Shown: in pieces, positions 1 to 9,273 of the stretch | How the letters are laid out: each line of letters opens with the position of its first letter | Position numbering within the stretch: position 1 is the stretch's first letter | The notes under the pieces: generated by a model | What the model saw: the letters and a program-made list of their open reading frames with translations, nothing else | Databases searched by the model: none | What the model was told of the DNA's origin: nothing | Made by a program: the position numbers and the translations under genes | Origin: Thermoproteota archaeon | GTDB taxonomy: Archaea; Korarchaeota; Korarchaeia; Korarchaeales; Korarchaeaceae | Reading direction: 5' to 3' | Assembly (NCBI GenBank): GCA_015522685.1 | Contig: WALU01000020.1 | Location: forward strand, 1 to 24,122 | DNA: 24,122 bases

Positions 1-471
1 TCAAAGGAAGAAAAGCACTTCGTTGATCTCATAGAAAGGTTGATGGTTAGATGGGGATATAAGCATGTGGAAGGAAGGATATATGGCTTCCTCCTAGTGA
101 GTGAGAATTCTCTTTCTATAGCAGATTTAGTGAGGCTTACCGGGATGAGTAGAACTTCCATATCCGTTTCCTTGAGCAAGCTAGCTAGGGACTATCTGGT
201 AACCTATACGAAAAATGGTAAGACTAAGCTTTTCTCTCCTATATCATCATTCATGGAGAAGTTTATGGAGCAGCCAAAGCTTTTACTCGATAAAGAGATA
301 ATCCCGGCTAAAGATCTTCTAGCAAGAATGATTAGTAAAGCAGAAGATCAGAACTATAAAGTAAAACTTCAGAGGGTAGAGGATAGCTTAAATGAGCTAA
401 TCTCCTTGCTTAAGGAGATAATTAGGTTTGAGTCTCACATAAGGAAGGAAAAGGAAGTTACTAGTATATAA
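1..471 (+). CDS. GbsR/MarR-family winged-helix transcriptional regulator (5' end lies outside window)
   Basis: Frame is open from base 1 (SKEEKHFVDLIERLMVRWGY). WGY..EGRIYGFLL...LSIADLVRLTGMSRTSISVSLSKL is the GbsR-type wHTH, followed by a helical tail. Confidence 0.85.
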   Translation, partial: SKEEKHFVDLIERLMVRWGYKHVEGRIYGFLLVSENSLSIADLVRLTGMSRTSISVSLSKLARDYLVTYTKNGKTKLFSPISSFMEKFMEQPKLLLDKEIIPAKDLLARMISKAEDQNYKVKLQRVEDSLNELISLLKEIIRFESHIRKEKEVTSI

Positions 472-498
472 CATTTTATTTTATTCATTTTATTTTAT
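472..498 (+). terminator. T-rich tract, tandem CATTTTATTTTAT x2; putative archaeal terminator
   Basis: Directly after the stop at 471; 13-mer repeated at 472-484 and 486-498. Confidence 0.45.
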
Positions 499-596
499 AG
501 TTAGAGATAGGGAATTAATAATAGAATATATGCTGAGAGCTGCCTAGAGAATATCTATATGTTATTAAGGCTTTCTCTCTAGTTTCATTGATTTAT

Positions 597-878
597 ATGG
601 GATTCTTCAGATCGTGGGAGGATGTCCTGAAGAGAAGAAGTGAGAGTGAGGCTATGGAAATGAGGAAAAGCGCGCTTGTAGGAGAGCTGAGGAACATACA
701 GAGGATCTCGAAAGAGCCTAGGGAGATGGATTCTATCATAGATTCCATCTTAAATGAAAGAGTAGAGGAGAACAAAATTTCAGAGATAGAGAGATTGGTC
801 TTTCAGCTAGAAGAACTAGCTAGAGGTGGTAAGAGCATGGAAGATGTATTAAATAAGATAGAGAAGCTACTCCATTAA
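597..878 (+). CDS. Hypothetical all-alpha, highly charged protein (~93 aa)
   Basis: ATG at 597 preferred over TTG 588; TATA-like TTATTAAG ~30 nt upstream; E/K/R/L-rich composition typical of real thermophile proteins. Confidence 0.7.
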   Translation: MGFFRSWEDVLKRRSESEAMEMRKSALVGELRNIQRISKEPREMDSIIDSILNERVEENKISEIERLVFQLEELARGGKSMEDVLNKIEKLLH

Positions 879-931
879 TTGATTGAGCTGCTTAAGAGCC
901 TGTGGATCTGCTCTAGTGAAGATCTCGGTTG

Positions 932-1259
932 CTATATCTTTATAAATCCTCTCGCTCCAACTTTCCTTTCTTCCTTATCCCTTATCGCCTCATCAGTGTC
1001 TGATACTAAGATATCATTCCTATGCACTGCTTGGGCAATGGCGAGGGATGTAATGTAGAAAGTATTACTCTTCGGCTCAAGTAGGCCCTTTACACTCTTG
1101 TATCTTACTCTCCTTACTGGTATATTACTCTCTTGTAGCTCTAGGGTAAACTCCAGCTCTTTCTCAGCTTCAAGCTTTGCAACAGTGCCTGGAGGCGGAA
1201 TTCTTATGATATCATTATCTCATGAGGAGTTAGTTCACGAACTCCTTCTTAATTGGCAT
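932..1259 (-). pseudogene. Frameshifted NLTPH-motif small protein (possibly Crn4/Unk01-like ring nuclease family)
   Basis: Three frames join as MPIKKEFVN / LTPHEI / DNDIIRIPPPGTVAKL...IPVRRVRYKSVKGLLEPKSNTFYITSLAIAQAVHRNDILVSDTDEAIRDKEERKVGARGFIKI*. Frameshifts near 1233 and 1220; TATA-like TTTATA ~25 nt upstream of the ATG. Confidence 0.7.
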
Positions 1260-1317
1260 ATGCTAGCATGTAATAATTGGTATAAATATATAGATATATA
1301 AATAAATGTTTATTAAT

Positions 1318-2208
1318 TCACTCCTTGATATAGGGCTTCCCGAGGGAAGGAGGCATCCTAGCCTTCCTCATGAATGCTGCTACGACCAGAAGTGTCGCTA
1401 CGTATGGAACTGTCTTGAAGAGATATGCCATTGATGGATTCATGCTGGTTATGCTTAGGTATATAGCCAAGGAATCGAAAAATCCAAAGATGAATCCTCC
1501 TACCAAGGCATAGAGGGGATTCCATTTGCTAAAAACCACATTAGCCAGGGCTATAAAGCCTCTGCCCGCTGTTATCTCCTTAGTGAACTGACCCACCCAG
1601 TCAAGAGACAGGTGACCCCCAGCGAGTCCTGCTAAACTTGCTCCGATAAGTGTGGCGATGAGGCGTGTTCTGTTCACATTTACCCCCATAGCTTCAGCGC
1701 TTCTTGGATCTTCTCCACAGGCCCTTAGTTTAAGCCCATAGTTTGTGTAGAAGAGGAAGTACCATGCAGCTATGCTTATCACTATACTAACTGGGAGCAG
1801 GGGAGAAACTGGGTAACCTGCTATCTCAACCTTAGGTACAGTAGGTAGCTGAGGAGAGCTCCCATAGGTCCCCCATAGCGTGACTAATGTGACAACAGCT
1901 ATTCCATATGCAAATAAGTTCACACCAACCCCTACAACTATCTGATCTCCCTTTAAGTAAACGCCAAGTACTCCATGAAGTAAGCCGAGAGCCAATCCCG
2001 TTGCAGTACCTATTAACAGACCAAGGAAAACACTACCAGTGAAATAGGCAACAACTCCTGATGTAAGTGCAGACAAGAGCATTACTCCCTCTATTCCTAT
2101 ATTAACAACCCCAGATTGCTCCGTAATGATCTCTCCAACCCCTGCCAAGACTAGAGGGATCATTGGAGATAGGGCCCCGAATAGCAGATCAGCTACTTCT
2201 CCCAGCAA
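1318..2208 (-). CDS. Nucleoside/sugar (CUT2, BMP-associated) ABC transporter permease 2
   Basis: EQSGVVNIGIEG, GLKLRACGEDPRSAEAMGVNV, AGRGFIALA, MPPSLGKPY motifs; multi-TM. Confidence 0.93.
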   Translation of the reverse strand: MLGEVADLLFGALSPMIPLVLAGVGEIITEQSGVVNIGIEGVMLLSALTSGVVAYFTGSVFLGLLIGTATGLALGLLHGVLGVYLKGDQIVVGVGVNLFAYGIAVVTLVTLWGTYGSSPQLPTVPKVEIAGYPVSPLLPVSIVISIAAWYFLFYTNYGLKLRACGEDPRSAEAMGVNVNRTRLIATLIGASLAGLAGGHLSLDWVGQFTKEITAGRGFIALANVVFSKWNPLYALVGGFIFGFFDSLAIYLSITSMNPSMAYLFKTVPYVATLLVVAAFMRKARMPPSLGKPYIKE

Positions 2209-3235
2209 CCTTCATCATCCTCCTTATCTTCAGATAGCTCATAAGCATCTTGTAGGCGTAAGGCATAGCAAGAGAGATTATTATTACACCGCTTAAGGCA
2301 TCAGTCAGTTCTTTAGGGACATTCATGGCTATCTGCATCTTCTGACCTCCCAGTAGGAGCATTGAGAAGAATATAGCTGAGAATATTATTCCTATAGGAT
2401 GATCTCTTCCCATCAAGGCCACTCCTATACCATCGAATCCCATACCCACCATGGATGTGAGGAGTTGATCCATGTAGTAGGTAAATGCTATGACATTTAA
2501 GGCACCGCTCAGCCCTCCAAAGAGGCCGCCCAGGGTCATAGAGTTAGTGAAGGTCATCTTAGCATTTATGCCTGAGTATCTAGCGGAATCAGGTGACAAG
2601 CCAGCCACCCTTATTCTATAGCCTATCCTGGTATGAAAAATGAGAAAATATGTTATAAAGGATGTTAGCAAGGCTAGGGGGAATATCAAATGCATCTTGA
2701 TGCCTGCTATCTCAATAAAACCGAGCTGAGCTCCTTTAGGCACAGATACACTTCTATAGGGGGCTTGAGGATTATAGAGGTAAGAGGTTATGAAGAATAT
2801 TGAGATATAGTAGAATATCCAGTTAAGCATTATGGCAGTTATCACTTCATTGACTTCCCTGTAAGCCCTCAAAGCTCCTGTTATGAAGCCAAGAGCAGCT
2901 CCCGCTATGGCTCCAGCTGTTATGGCTATCCATGGGTTCTTAGTGATCAAAGATGCTATAAGGGCAACTATCCCGCCGACGTACATCTGCCCCTCTCCTC
3001 CTATGTTGAAGGCAGATGCCAGCATAGGAAGGGCGAATGCAAGCCCTGTAAGAAGAACAAAGGATGCCCTGCTGAGCAAGTAATCGAGATCTCCCAAGCC
3101 CCCAGTGAGCATTATGTAGAGCCCCTTCCATGGATTATAGCCAGTGGCGATTAGTATTATCGCTGCAACTAGAAGGCCTGCTAATATGGAGCCAGTTATC
3201 TCCAAAGAGACTTGAGCATAATCCTCAAGGTTCAA
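2189..3235 (-). CDS. Nucleoside/sugar ABC transporter permease 1
   Basis: FNIGGEGQ, NEVITAIMLNW, GFDGIGVALMG motifs; multi-TM; overlaps neighbours in operon. Confidence 0.93.
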   Translation of the reverse strand: MNLEDYAQVSLEITGSILAGLLVAAIILIATGYNPWKGLYIMLTGGLGDLDYLLSRASFVLLTGLAFALPMLASAFNIGGEGQMYVGGIVALIASLITKNPWIAITAGAIAGAALGFITGALRAYREVNEVITAIMLNWIFYYISIFFITSYLYNPQAPYRSVSVPKGAQLGFIEIAGIKMHLIFPLALLTSFITYFLIFHTRIGYRIRVAGLSPDSARYSGINAKMTFTNSMTLGGLFGGLSGALNVIAFTYYMDQLLTSMVGMGFDGIGVALMGRDHPIGIIFSAIFFSMLLLGGQKMQIAMNVPKELTDALSGVIIISLAMPYAYKMLMSYLKIRRMMKVAGRSS

Positions 3236-4727
3236 CTTTCACACCGCCCATCAGTAGACCTATCTTCTCAAGGTTGAACTCCCTAGTCGGCCCCTGGGCT
3301 ATGAGTTCTCCTTCATACATGACAGCTATACGATCGCTTAGCTGCATTATCTCATCCAAATCTGTAGAGATTAAAAGCACAGCTTTTCCCGAATCCCTGA
3401 GCTCAACCAACTTATTCCTAACATATTCCGTAGCTCCTACATCTAAGCCATGAGTAGGCTCAGATGCTATAATCACATCTGGTTTTCTAGCTATCTCTCT
3501 TCCCAGCATGAACTTCTGCTGATTCCCACCACTCAATCTCCTCACCTGAGTTCTAACGCTTTCAGCAACGACATTGAAAAGCTTCATCACGCTCTTAGTT
3601 TCTTCAACAGCTTTTCTCCACCTTATTACCCCATCTGGAGAGAACTCTTCTAGCCTAGTAAGGAGCAGATTACTGACCAGGTCTATGTCCATAACCAAAC
3701 CCATGCTTCTCATATCTGGTATATATGCGAGGCCCCTTCTGTAAACCTTCGAGTTATCTAGATCGGTTATATCTTCACCTTTCAGTTTTATTGTACCCTT
3801 TTCAGGTTTTCTTATCCCACTTATTGCTTCTACAAATTCTTTTTGACCATTCCCTTGGACGCCAGCTATTCCCAAGATCTCTCCTGCCCTTATCGAGAGA
3901 TTCACCCCCTTTACTGCTGGAAGTCCACTGTCAGACCGAACCCAGAGATCCTTAACTTCAAGGAGTGGATTCCCTGGCCTAGTAGGGCTTCTCTCTAGAG
4001 AGAAAAGAACTTCCCTTTCAACCATCATCCTTGCCAGCTCAAGCTCGCTCACTTCCTTCGTCCGTCTAGTTCCCATGACTTGTCCCTTCCTGAGAACAGT
4101 AACCTTGTCAGTTATTGCCTTCACTTCCTTCAGCTTATGGGTAATGAATAGTATTGTAAGCCCCGACTCTCTCAACTTCTTCAGCACTTCAAACAGGTCT
4201 TCAACCTCTATTGGCGTCAAAACGGAAGTTGGCTCATCTAGTATGAGGATCTTGGCATTCCTCACGAGAGCCTTCACTATCTCTACTCTCTGCCTCACTC
4301 CAACTGGAAGAGAGTTGATTCTCTCCTCCAGCGGCACCTTTAGGCCTGTCTCCTCCATAGATTCCTTTGCCCTCTCCAGAACATTTTGGGCAGATATCCC
4401 CAAGGGTAAGGCTGAGAGTATCAGGTTCTCTGCTACTGTGAACCCTCCTATGAGGGAGAAGTGCTGATAGACCATACCTATTCCCGTCTTTATAGCATCC
4501 CAGGGCCCAGAGAATTTAGCTACATGATCAAATATCTTGATAGTTCCGCTAGTAGGCTTTATCTCGCCGTAGAGTATCCTCATGAGGGTTGTCTTTCCGG
4601 CCCCATTCTCTCCTAAGATACCATAAATCTCCCCAACTTCTATGGAAAAGGAAGCACCTCTGAGAGCAATGTTCCCATCTGGATATATCTTATGGATTCC
4701 TTCAAACTCCACGGCCATGGGAGGCAT
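3225..4727 (-). CDS. Nucleoside/sugar ABC transporter ATP-binding protein, tandem NBDs
   Basis: Walker A GENGAGKT, LILDEPT, second domain LSGGNQQK. Start placed at ATG 4727 behind a GGTGAT RBS; ORF-track start 4739 also possible. Confidence 0.95.
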   Translation of the reverse strand: MPPMAVEFEGIHKIYPDGNIALRGASFSIEVGEIYGILGENGAGKTTLMRILYGEIKPTSGTIKIFDHVAKFSGPWDAIKTGIGMVYQHFSLIGGFTVAENLILSALPLGISAQNVLERAKESMEETGLKVPLEERINSLPVGVRQRVEIVKALVRNAKILILDEPTSVLTPIEVEDLFEVLKKLRESGLTILFITHKLKEVKAITDKVTVLRKGQVMGTRRTKEVSELELARMMVEREVLFSLERSPTRPGNPLLEVKDLWVRSDSGLPAVKGVNLSIRAGEILGIAGVQGNGQKEFVEAISGIRKPEKGTIKLKGEDITDLDNSKVYRRGLAYIPDMRSMGLVMDIDLVSNLLLTRLEEFSPDGVIRWRKAVEETKSVMKLFNVVAESVRTQVRRLSGGNQQKFMLGREIARKPDVIIASEPTHGLDVGATEYVRNKLVELRDSGKAVLLISTDLDEIMQLSDRIAVMYEGELIAQGPTREFNLEKIGLLMGGVKVEP

Positions 4728-4740
4728 GGAGATCACCATG

Positions 4741-4793
4741 AGGGTGAGGGAAGGGAAGAGAAGGGAAGGGAAGAGAAAAAGAGGATGGAAGGG
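4741..4793 (-). terminator. Polypyrimidine intergenic tract, putative partial terminator/processing site
   Basis: Minus strand is almost pure C/T including a T5 run, with GGGAAGGGAAGAGAA duplicated on the plus strand, between binding-protein and ATPase genes. Confidence 0.5.
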
Positions 4794-6113
4794 TTAGCCT
4801 ATGCTTCCCTTAGCGAGAGCGGCATTGAGATTACCACTCTCTGTACCCTTTATGATAGAATTCCTCTCCTGAACGCTCATTGGGCTCTTGAATTGTATCT
4901 CTCCGCTCCTTATCTTAGATTCAAGGTCTTTAGCGAGATTCCAAACTTCAGGCTTTATGTATTTCTCCCTGAGGCTCTTCACTATGCTTACTACCTGATC
5001 TGGGGTCATTCCCTTGAGTTTTCCTACCTTGTATGCCTGCTCTGCAAACCACTTTACCTCATCCAAGGTAGCTATACCAACTCCTCCTTCTTTGAGCCCT
5101 AATTTATGTATTCCTCCCTTCCATGTGCCCTTAACTACGTTCTCTATAGCAGTGAATACAGCGACATCAACACGCTTCCTCCCGCTCATAAATATATGAT
5201 ATGGGTCTATCCACTCCTGAGAGGCATCTTCTCCTATAGCAAAGGCTTTCTCCTTGTGCTGCTCATCCCATTCCTTGACTGCTGTGAATGCACCTAGATG
5301 AGTAGCTCCAGCCAATCCATAGATGACTCTGACTCCCTGCTTTAGCATCTGCTCGGTGTACTGCTTCCCTGTGGCTGGATCACTGAAAGTTCCCGTTATG
5401 GTCCAGACTACATTAGTAGGATTACCTATTTTTTTCTCATAATATTTAGCTCCAAAGTAATATCCAACCTGAAATCTCCAAAGTGGAGGTATGTCCATAC
5501 CTACCAAAGCACCAATCTTATTGCTTCCCAGCTCATGGGCTATGCCAGAAGCTATTACACCTATTAGAGAAGCGACTTCCTGCTCCTTAAAGAGGAGATC
5601 CATCTCGTTTGGCCTAGGAATACCTGTTGTTGAATCTATCAGAGCATATTTCTGGTTAGGAAACTTGCTAGCTGTTTCATTGAGTGGGGCAGTCCAGAGA
5701 AAGCCGACCAGTACTATCAAATTATACTTTCCTTTGCTAGAAAGATCCTCCAGCAGTGGTTTCATATCCGCTAGAGACTTGGGAGTTAAATAGGAAACAT
5801 TAACTCCAAGCTCCTTCTGGGCTTCTTGAGCACCTAGCCAAGCCATATCATTGAAACTTAGATCTCCTCTACCCCCAACATCAAATAGAACCAGCACATT
5901 TACCTTTTTCTTAGTCTGCACTGCTGTAGTTGTAGTAGTCGTTGCAGTCGGTTTAGGAGTTACTGTCCTAGTTACCGTAACTACCTTGCTCTGTGTGACA
6001 GTCTTAGTGATGGTCTTACCCGGAATCGAAAGTCCAACAGAGGCACCGATCAAAAGCCCAATAAGAAGAGCCACAAGAGATAAAACAGTTTTAGATACAC
6101 CTCTCCTCCTCAT
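4794..6113 (-). CDS. BMP/PnrA-family ABC substrate-binding protein (probably nucleoside), N-terminal membrane anchor and Thr-rich linker
   Basis: DVGGRGDLSFND, GTFSDPATGK, AIGEDASQ, SGRKRVDVAV motifs. True start likely ATG 6113 (MRRRGVSK + TM helix) rather than 6200. Confidence 0.93.
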   Translation of the reverse strand: MRRRGVSKTVLSLVALLIGLLIGASVGLSIPGKTITKTVTQSKVVTVTRTVTPKPTATTTTTTAVQTKKKVNVLVLFDVGGRGDLSFNDMAWLGAQEAQKELGVNVSYLTPKSLADMKPLLEDLSSKGKYNLIVLVGFLWTAPLNETASKFPNQKYALIDSTTGIPRPNEMDLLFKEQEVASLIGVIASGIAHELGSNKIGALVGMDIPPLWRFQVGYYFGAKYYEKKIGNPTNVVWTITGTFSDPATGKQYTEQMLKQGVRVIYGLAGATHLGAFTAVKEWDEQHKEKAFAIGEDASQEWIDPYHIFMSGRKRVDVAVFTAIENVVKGTWKGGIHKLGLKEGGVGIATLDEVKWFAEQAYKVGKLKGMTPDQVVSIVKSLREKYIKPEVWNLAKDLESKIRSGEIQFKSPMSVQERNSIIKGTESGNLNAALAKGSIG

Positions 6114-6142
6114 GGGTCCTCTTTTCCTACTATACAGGGTAT

Positions 6143-6150
6143 TATTAAAA
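6143..6150 (-). promoter_or_regulatory. Putative TATA box of nucleoside ABC operon
   Basis: TTTTAATA on minus strand 30-37 nt upstream of ATG 6113. Confidence 0.55.
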
Positions 6151-6245
6151 CCAATTGGTTCGGAGCTGAAATGACCCTTCCCGAATGATACCTCCTGCAA
6201 CTCTAGTGTTACTCTCAGGCAAACTGGTTGTAATTACGTGGCCAA

Positions 6246-7244
6246 TCAAGTCAAGCAAGGTAGAATGTGGACTTTCACTTGATCCCTCCTCAGAGAAGTC
6301 TCGAAAGCTTCCTTTGCATCTTTTAAGGGATATTGTGATGTCACTAGGCTCTTCACCTCGATCTTTCCTTCCCTTAACAGTTTTATTGAATCTTTAAAGG
6401 GACCACATCTGCTTCCAATGAGCCTTATCTCTCTGACCACTAGGGAAGTATAGTCTAGCTCCACGGGAAGGCCATGAGTGGATTTAGCGGCTATAGTTCC
6501 CCTAGGTCTCACGCTCTTCATGGCTATTGAGAGACCTTCAGGACTTCCAGTTGCTTCTACCACATAATCAAATCCCTGACCCTCCGGGGTGTTGGATTCG
6601 GTGAACTTCCTAAGGGAATCAAGAGAGACGAAATTTAAGCCTAGGGATTCCACTAACTTAGCCTTAGGGGAGCCTTTCCTAGCCACTACGCTTACATTTC
6701 CCCTTAGAGAAAGAAGTTGCGCAGAAAGCAGACCTATTGTACCAGCTCCGAGGACTAGGAAGTTGTCACCTTCTGGAGGGGCCTGCTTTACCATCTCCAC
6801 TATCGCTGCCAGTGGTTCAACAAAGGCTGCTTGAATATCACTCAATCCATCGACTGAATGAAGATTCTCAGCAGGCGTAATCAAAAACTCTGCCATGCCT
6901 CCATCCATTGATATACCTAGAGCTTCCCTCCTGGGACAATGAGTTCTCATGCCATGCCTGCAGTACCAGCACTTGCCGCATGTCACGTTTATCTCTGTTG
7001 TAACTCTTTTGTCCCTCCATTCCTCGGAAACTTGATCACTCAGCTCTTCAACAACACCGTAAATCTCATGGCCTGGTATCAAAGGAAGCTTCCTGGGAGG
7101 ATACTTTCCGAGATACATAGCCTTATCCGTGCCGCATATTCCAACTCTCCTCACTCTCAGTCTAACCCACCCTTCAGGGGGTTGGGGGTCGGGAACTTCA
7201 GCTACCTCTATCTTCCTCGGAGATTTCAATAATGCTGCTCTCAC
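6246..7244 (-). CDS. Zinc-dependent medium-chain alcohol dehydrogenase (threonine/sorbitol dehydrogenase-like)
   Basis: GICGTD, GHE, structural Zn CGKCWYC...C, Rossmann GAGTIG. Confidence 0.95.
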   Translation of the reverse strand: MRAALLKSPRKIEVAEVPDPQPPEGWVRLRVRRVGICGTDKAMYLGKYPPRKLPLIPGHEIYGVVEELSDQVSEEWRDKRVTTEINVTCGKCWYCRHGMRTHCPRREALGISMDGGMAEFLITPAENLHSVDGLSDIQAAFVEPLAAIVEMVKQAPPEGDNFLVLGAGTIGLLSAQLLSLRGNVSVVARKGSPKAKLVESLGLNFVSLDSLRKFTESNTPEGQGFDYVVEATGSPEGLSIAMKSVRPRGTIAAKSTHGLPVELDYTSLVVREIRLIGSRCGPFKDSIKLLREGKIEVKSLVTSQYPLKDAKEAFETSLRRDQVKVHILPCLT

Positions 7245-7304
7245 ATGTATGTTAACGATTGGTGGATATTAAGCTTAGTTAGTCCTCTTGCGTTATTATT
7301 AGTT

Positions 7305-8069
7305 CTAATCTGCTTTTCCCTTTATGTTCGGTAAATAGGCCCATAAAAGCAGGATTATTGTAAAAATTACCAGTTCAGCAATTATAGAGATGAATTGAAC
7401 CTTTGGATTCAGGAAGATTATGTAAGCACCACAGACGTCCACCATGGCGTGCAAGATAGATGGACCCAGTAAGTTGTCTCCACCTATGTGGTAGTAGCCA
7501 GCTAAAATCAAGCCTATGAGGAAGGCTATTGAGAGATGAAAGAATGTCGTTAGCATCCCGTAATTAGCTACAAAGATGTCTATTGGGACGTGGCCCAAGG
7601 AGAAGTAGATAGAGCTGAACATAGAGGCAAAGAGGAATCCTCTCTTCCCTCCAAAATCCCTCATGATAATTGAGAAGTAGTATCCTCTGCTTACCAGCTC
7701 CTCTGTAGGTCCAACCACAAGGAATAAATATATTAAGCCCAAAGGCTCAGGCCTCAGCTCTCCCCCCATAGCCAGATATGCAGCCATCACTGAGAGAGAT
7801 CCTATTATCGCTAAAGCAGCTGACTTAAAGGCATTTTCTTTTTTCAAGCCGACATCTTTCCAAGAATCATTGTACTTCTTCAAGAAGAGATAGACTAGAC
7901 CGAAGGATATAGTAAGCTTGGCTATAGATTCCGTGATGAATTGCAGGTGGCCCATGTAATGGAGGACTCTCCAACCCAGAATTCCTGTCAGATATCTGTA
8001 CGGGGTCCATAGTACTAAAAAGACCAAGAATAACAGAGTGGCTTTCTTTAAACCTTTTCCTGCTTTCAT
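7305..8069 (-). CDS. CPBP (CAAX/Abi/Rce1-like) intramembrane protease
   Basis: EELVSRG, FSLGH and LHAMVD motifs in a multi-TM protein. Confidence 0.9.
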   Translation of the reverse strand: MKAGKGLKKATLLFLVFLVLWTPYRYLTGILGWRVLHYMGHLQFITESIAKLTISFGLVYLFLKKYNDSWKDVGLKKENAFKSAALAIIGSLSVMAAYLAMGGELRPEPLGLIYLFLVVGPTEELVSRGYYFSIIMRDFGGKRGFLFASMFSSIYFSLGHVPIDIFVANYGMLTTFFHLSIAFLIGLILAGYYHIGGDNLLGPSILHAMVDVCGAYIIFLNPKVQFISIIAELVIFTIILLLWAYLPNIKGKAD

Positions 8070-8194
8070 ACTCCCTCATCGCTTGAAATATTATAAGAAT
8101 AGATTATGATGATGAAGAATCTGGAGGTCTAGGTTGTAGAGGTGCTTGCGGAATTATAGGTAGGAGGGAGATAACAGGGGGATTATAGCTGCTA

Positions 8195-8378
8195 TCAATC
8201 CAGCACATGTCCATAGATAACGTCTATTCCCAGCTCCTTAGCTCTCTTGTATGCCTCTTTATCTATATTAACTGCTACAAGGATCAACTTATCAATAGGT
8301 CCGCTCATCATCTTCTTCACTATCTTAGCTTTATATGACAGGGTGCTCGGCATGATCCAATTCTGCTCGAGATTTACA
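8195..8378 (-). pseudogene. C-terminal remnant of DUF3782-like PD-(D/E)XK nuclease-fold protein
   Basis: KSRAELDHAEH / frameshift / YKAKIVKKMMSGPIDKLILVAVNIDKEAYKRAKELGIDVIYGHVLD*, matching the AKELGIDV tail of this archaeal family; no 5' part. Confidence 0.65.
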
Positions 8379-8380
8379 CG

Positions 8381-8650
8381 TACTCTGGAACTGACTTCCT
8401 ACCTATTCCTAAATCACCTGATTATCTTGAAGAAAGATTGAAAATAGCACTCAAATATCTTCCTAAATCTCATTCAAGGATAATTAGAATAGATACATGG
8501 AATTGCTGGGAGGAGTGGATAAATATAGAACCTGCTACAGAGTACTACTTTGAGCTTTTGGACGTGTTAAAAAGACATTTAAAAATTCTAACACAATTCC
8601 CGTCATATATTTTGTATCAGGCTAGTTCATGTAATGAACATCACCGGTAG
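8381..8650 (+). pseudogene. C-terminal remnant of GH99/GH71-like glycoside hydrolase
   Basis: Open frame PIPKSPDYLEERLKIALKYL...IIRIDTWNCWEEWINIEPATEYYFELLDVLK resembles the WNEWxExxxIEP catalytic strand of GH99-like enzymes; no N-terminus or good start. Confidence 0.55.
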
Positions 8651-8873
8651 ATATTACACCCTTTACTTCCATTAACTTTTATATTATAAGATATGCCAGT
8701 ATTTAAAAAAGTTACCAATGATTTTTAGGATTATCTATAGAAGCTATTTTGGAACCTTCAACAGATAATCTTAACTACCCTGTTAAATGATGTAATCCGG
8801 TAATAGCTCATTAATTCAGTTCATCAGCTAGATAAGAATAATCTTTCAAATTGAGCCTTGAGTGGAAGATCAA

Positions 8874-9205
8874 ATGCTTCTTATAGTAGTAGAAATGAGA
8901 GGTCCAGAGGATTGAAGAGATGATATATTTACCCTCGCTGAAAGGCTCAGAGAAATATTCAATGATAAGATACTCAGGCAGGGTTTTAGCTCTGCCAGAT
9001 CCCAATCAGGAGGGAGGTTTATGAGCCAAATGTTCTCGTTGTTCTCGAGAACCCTAGTCAGGACGACGTGATGACTGTCATGAGCGTGACTGTAGAAGAT
9101 AGGAGGCTTAGCCCTCTGGTTGTTGGGCAGGAAGATGAGGATGTTGTTAAGATGTTCTTGAGGGCTTCACCAGTTCTTGCTGATAGATGGGAAGGTTCAG
9201 AATAG
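8874..9205 (+). pseudogene. Inactivated small protein, nucleotidyltransferase (MNT)-like fold
   Basis: Removing two 4-bp tandem duplications (CAGG 8979-8982, GGAG 9013-9016) and reading TGA 8913 as Trp restores MLLIVVEMRGPED(W)RDDIFTLAERLREIFNDKILRVLALPDPNQEVYEPNVLVVL...LSPLVV. Fold call is tentative. Confidence 0.65.
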
Positions 9206-9273
9206 TTGATATTGGTGTATTTTCTTAGTATTGCCCTAGCCTCATTTGCATGCGTAATATGTCGCGTGTATTG

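Noticed and set aside
593-1301. ORF-track ORFs 593-775 (-) and 1098-1301 (+)
   Set aside because: Ser-rich antisense shadows of the 597-878 gene and of the 932-1259 pseudogene.
5925-6020. Low-complexity GTA/GTT/GTC triplet runs
   Set aside because: Encode the Thr-rich linker usual in archaeal binding proteins.
2883-8079. Numerous short ORFs overlapping the ABC operon, dehydrogenase and protease genes
   Set aside because: Antisense or alternate-frame shadows of well-supported genes; no motifs.
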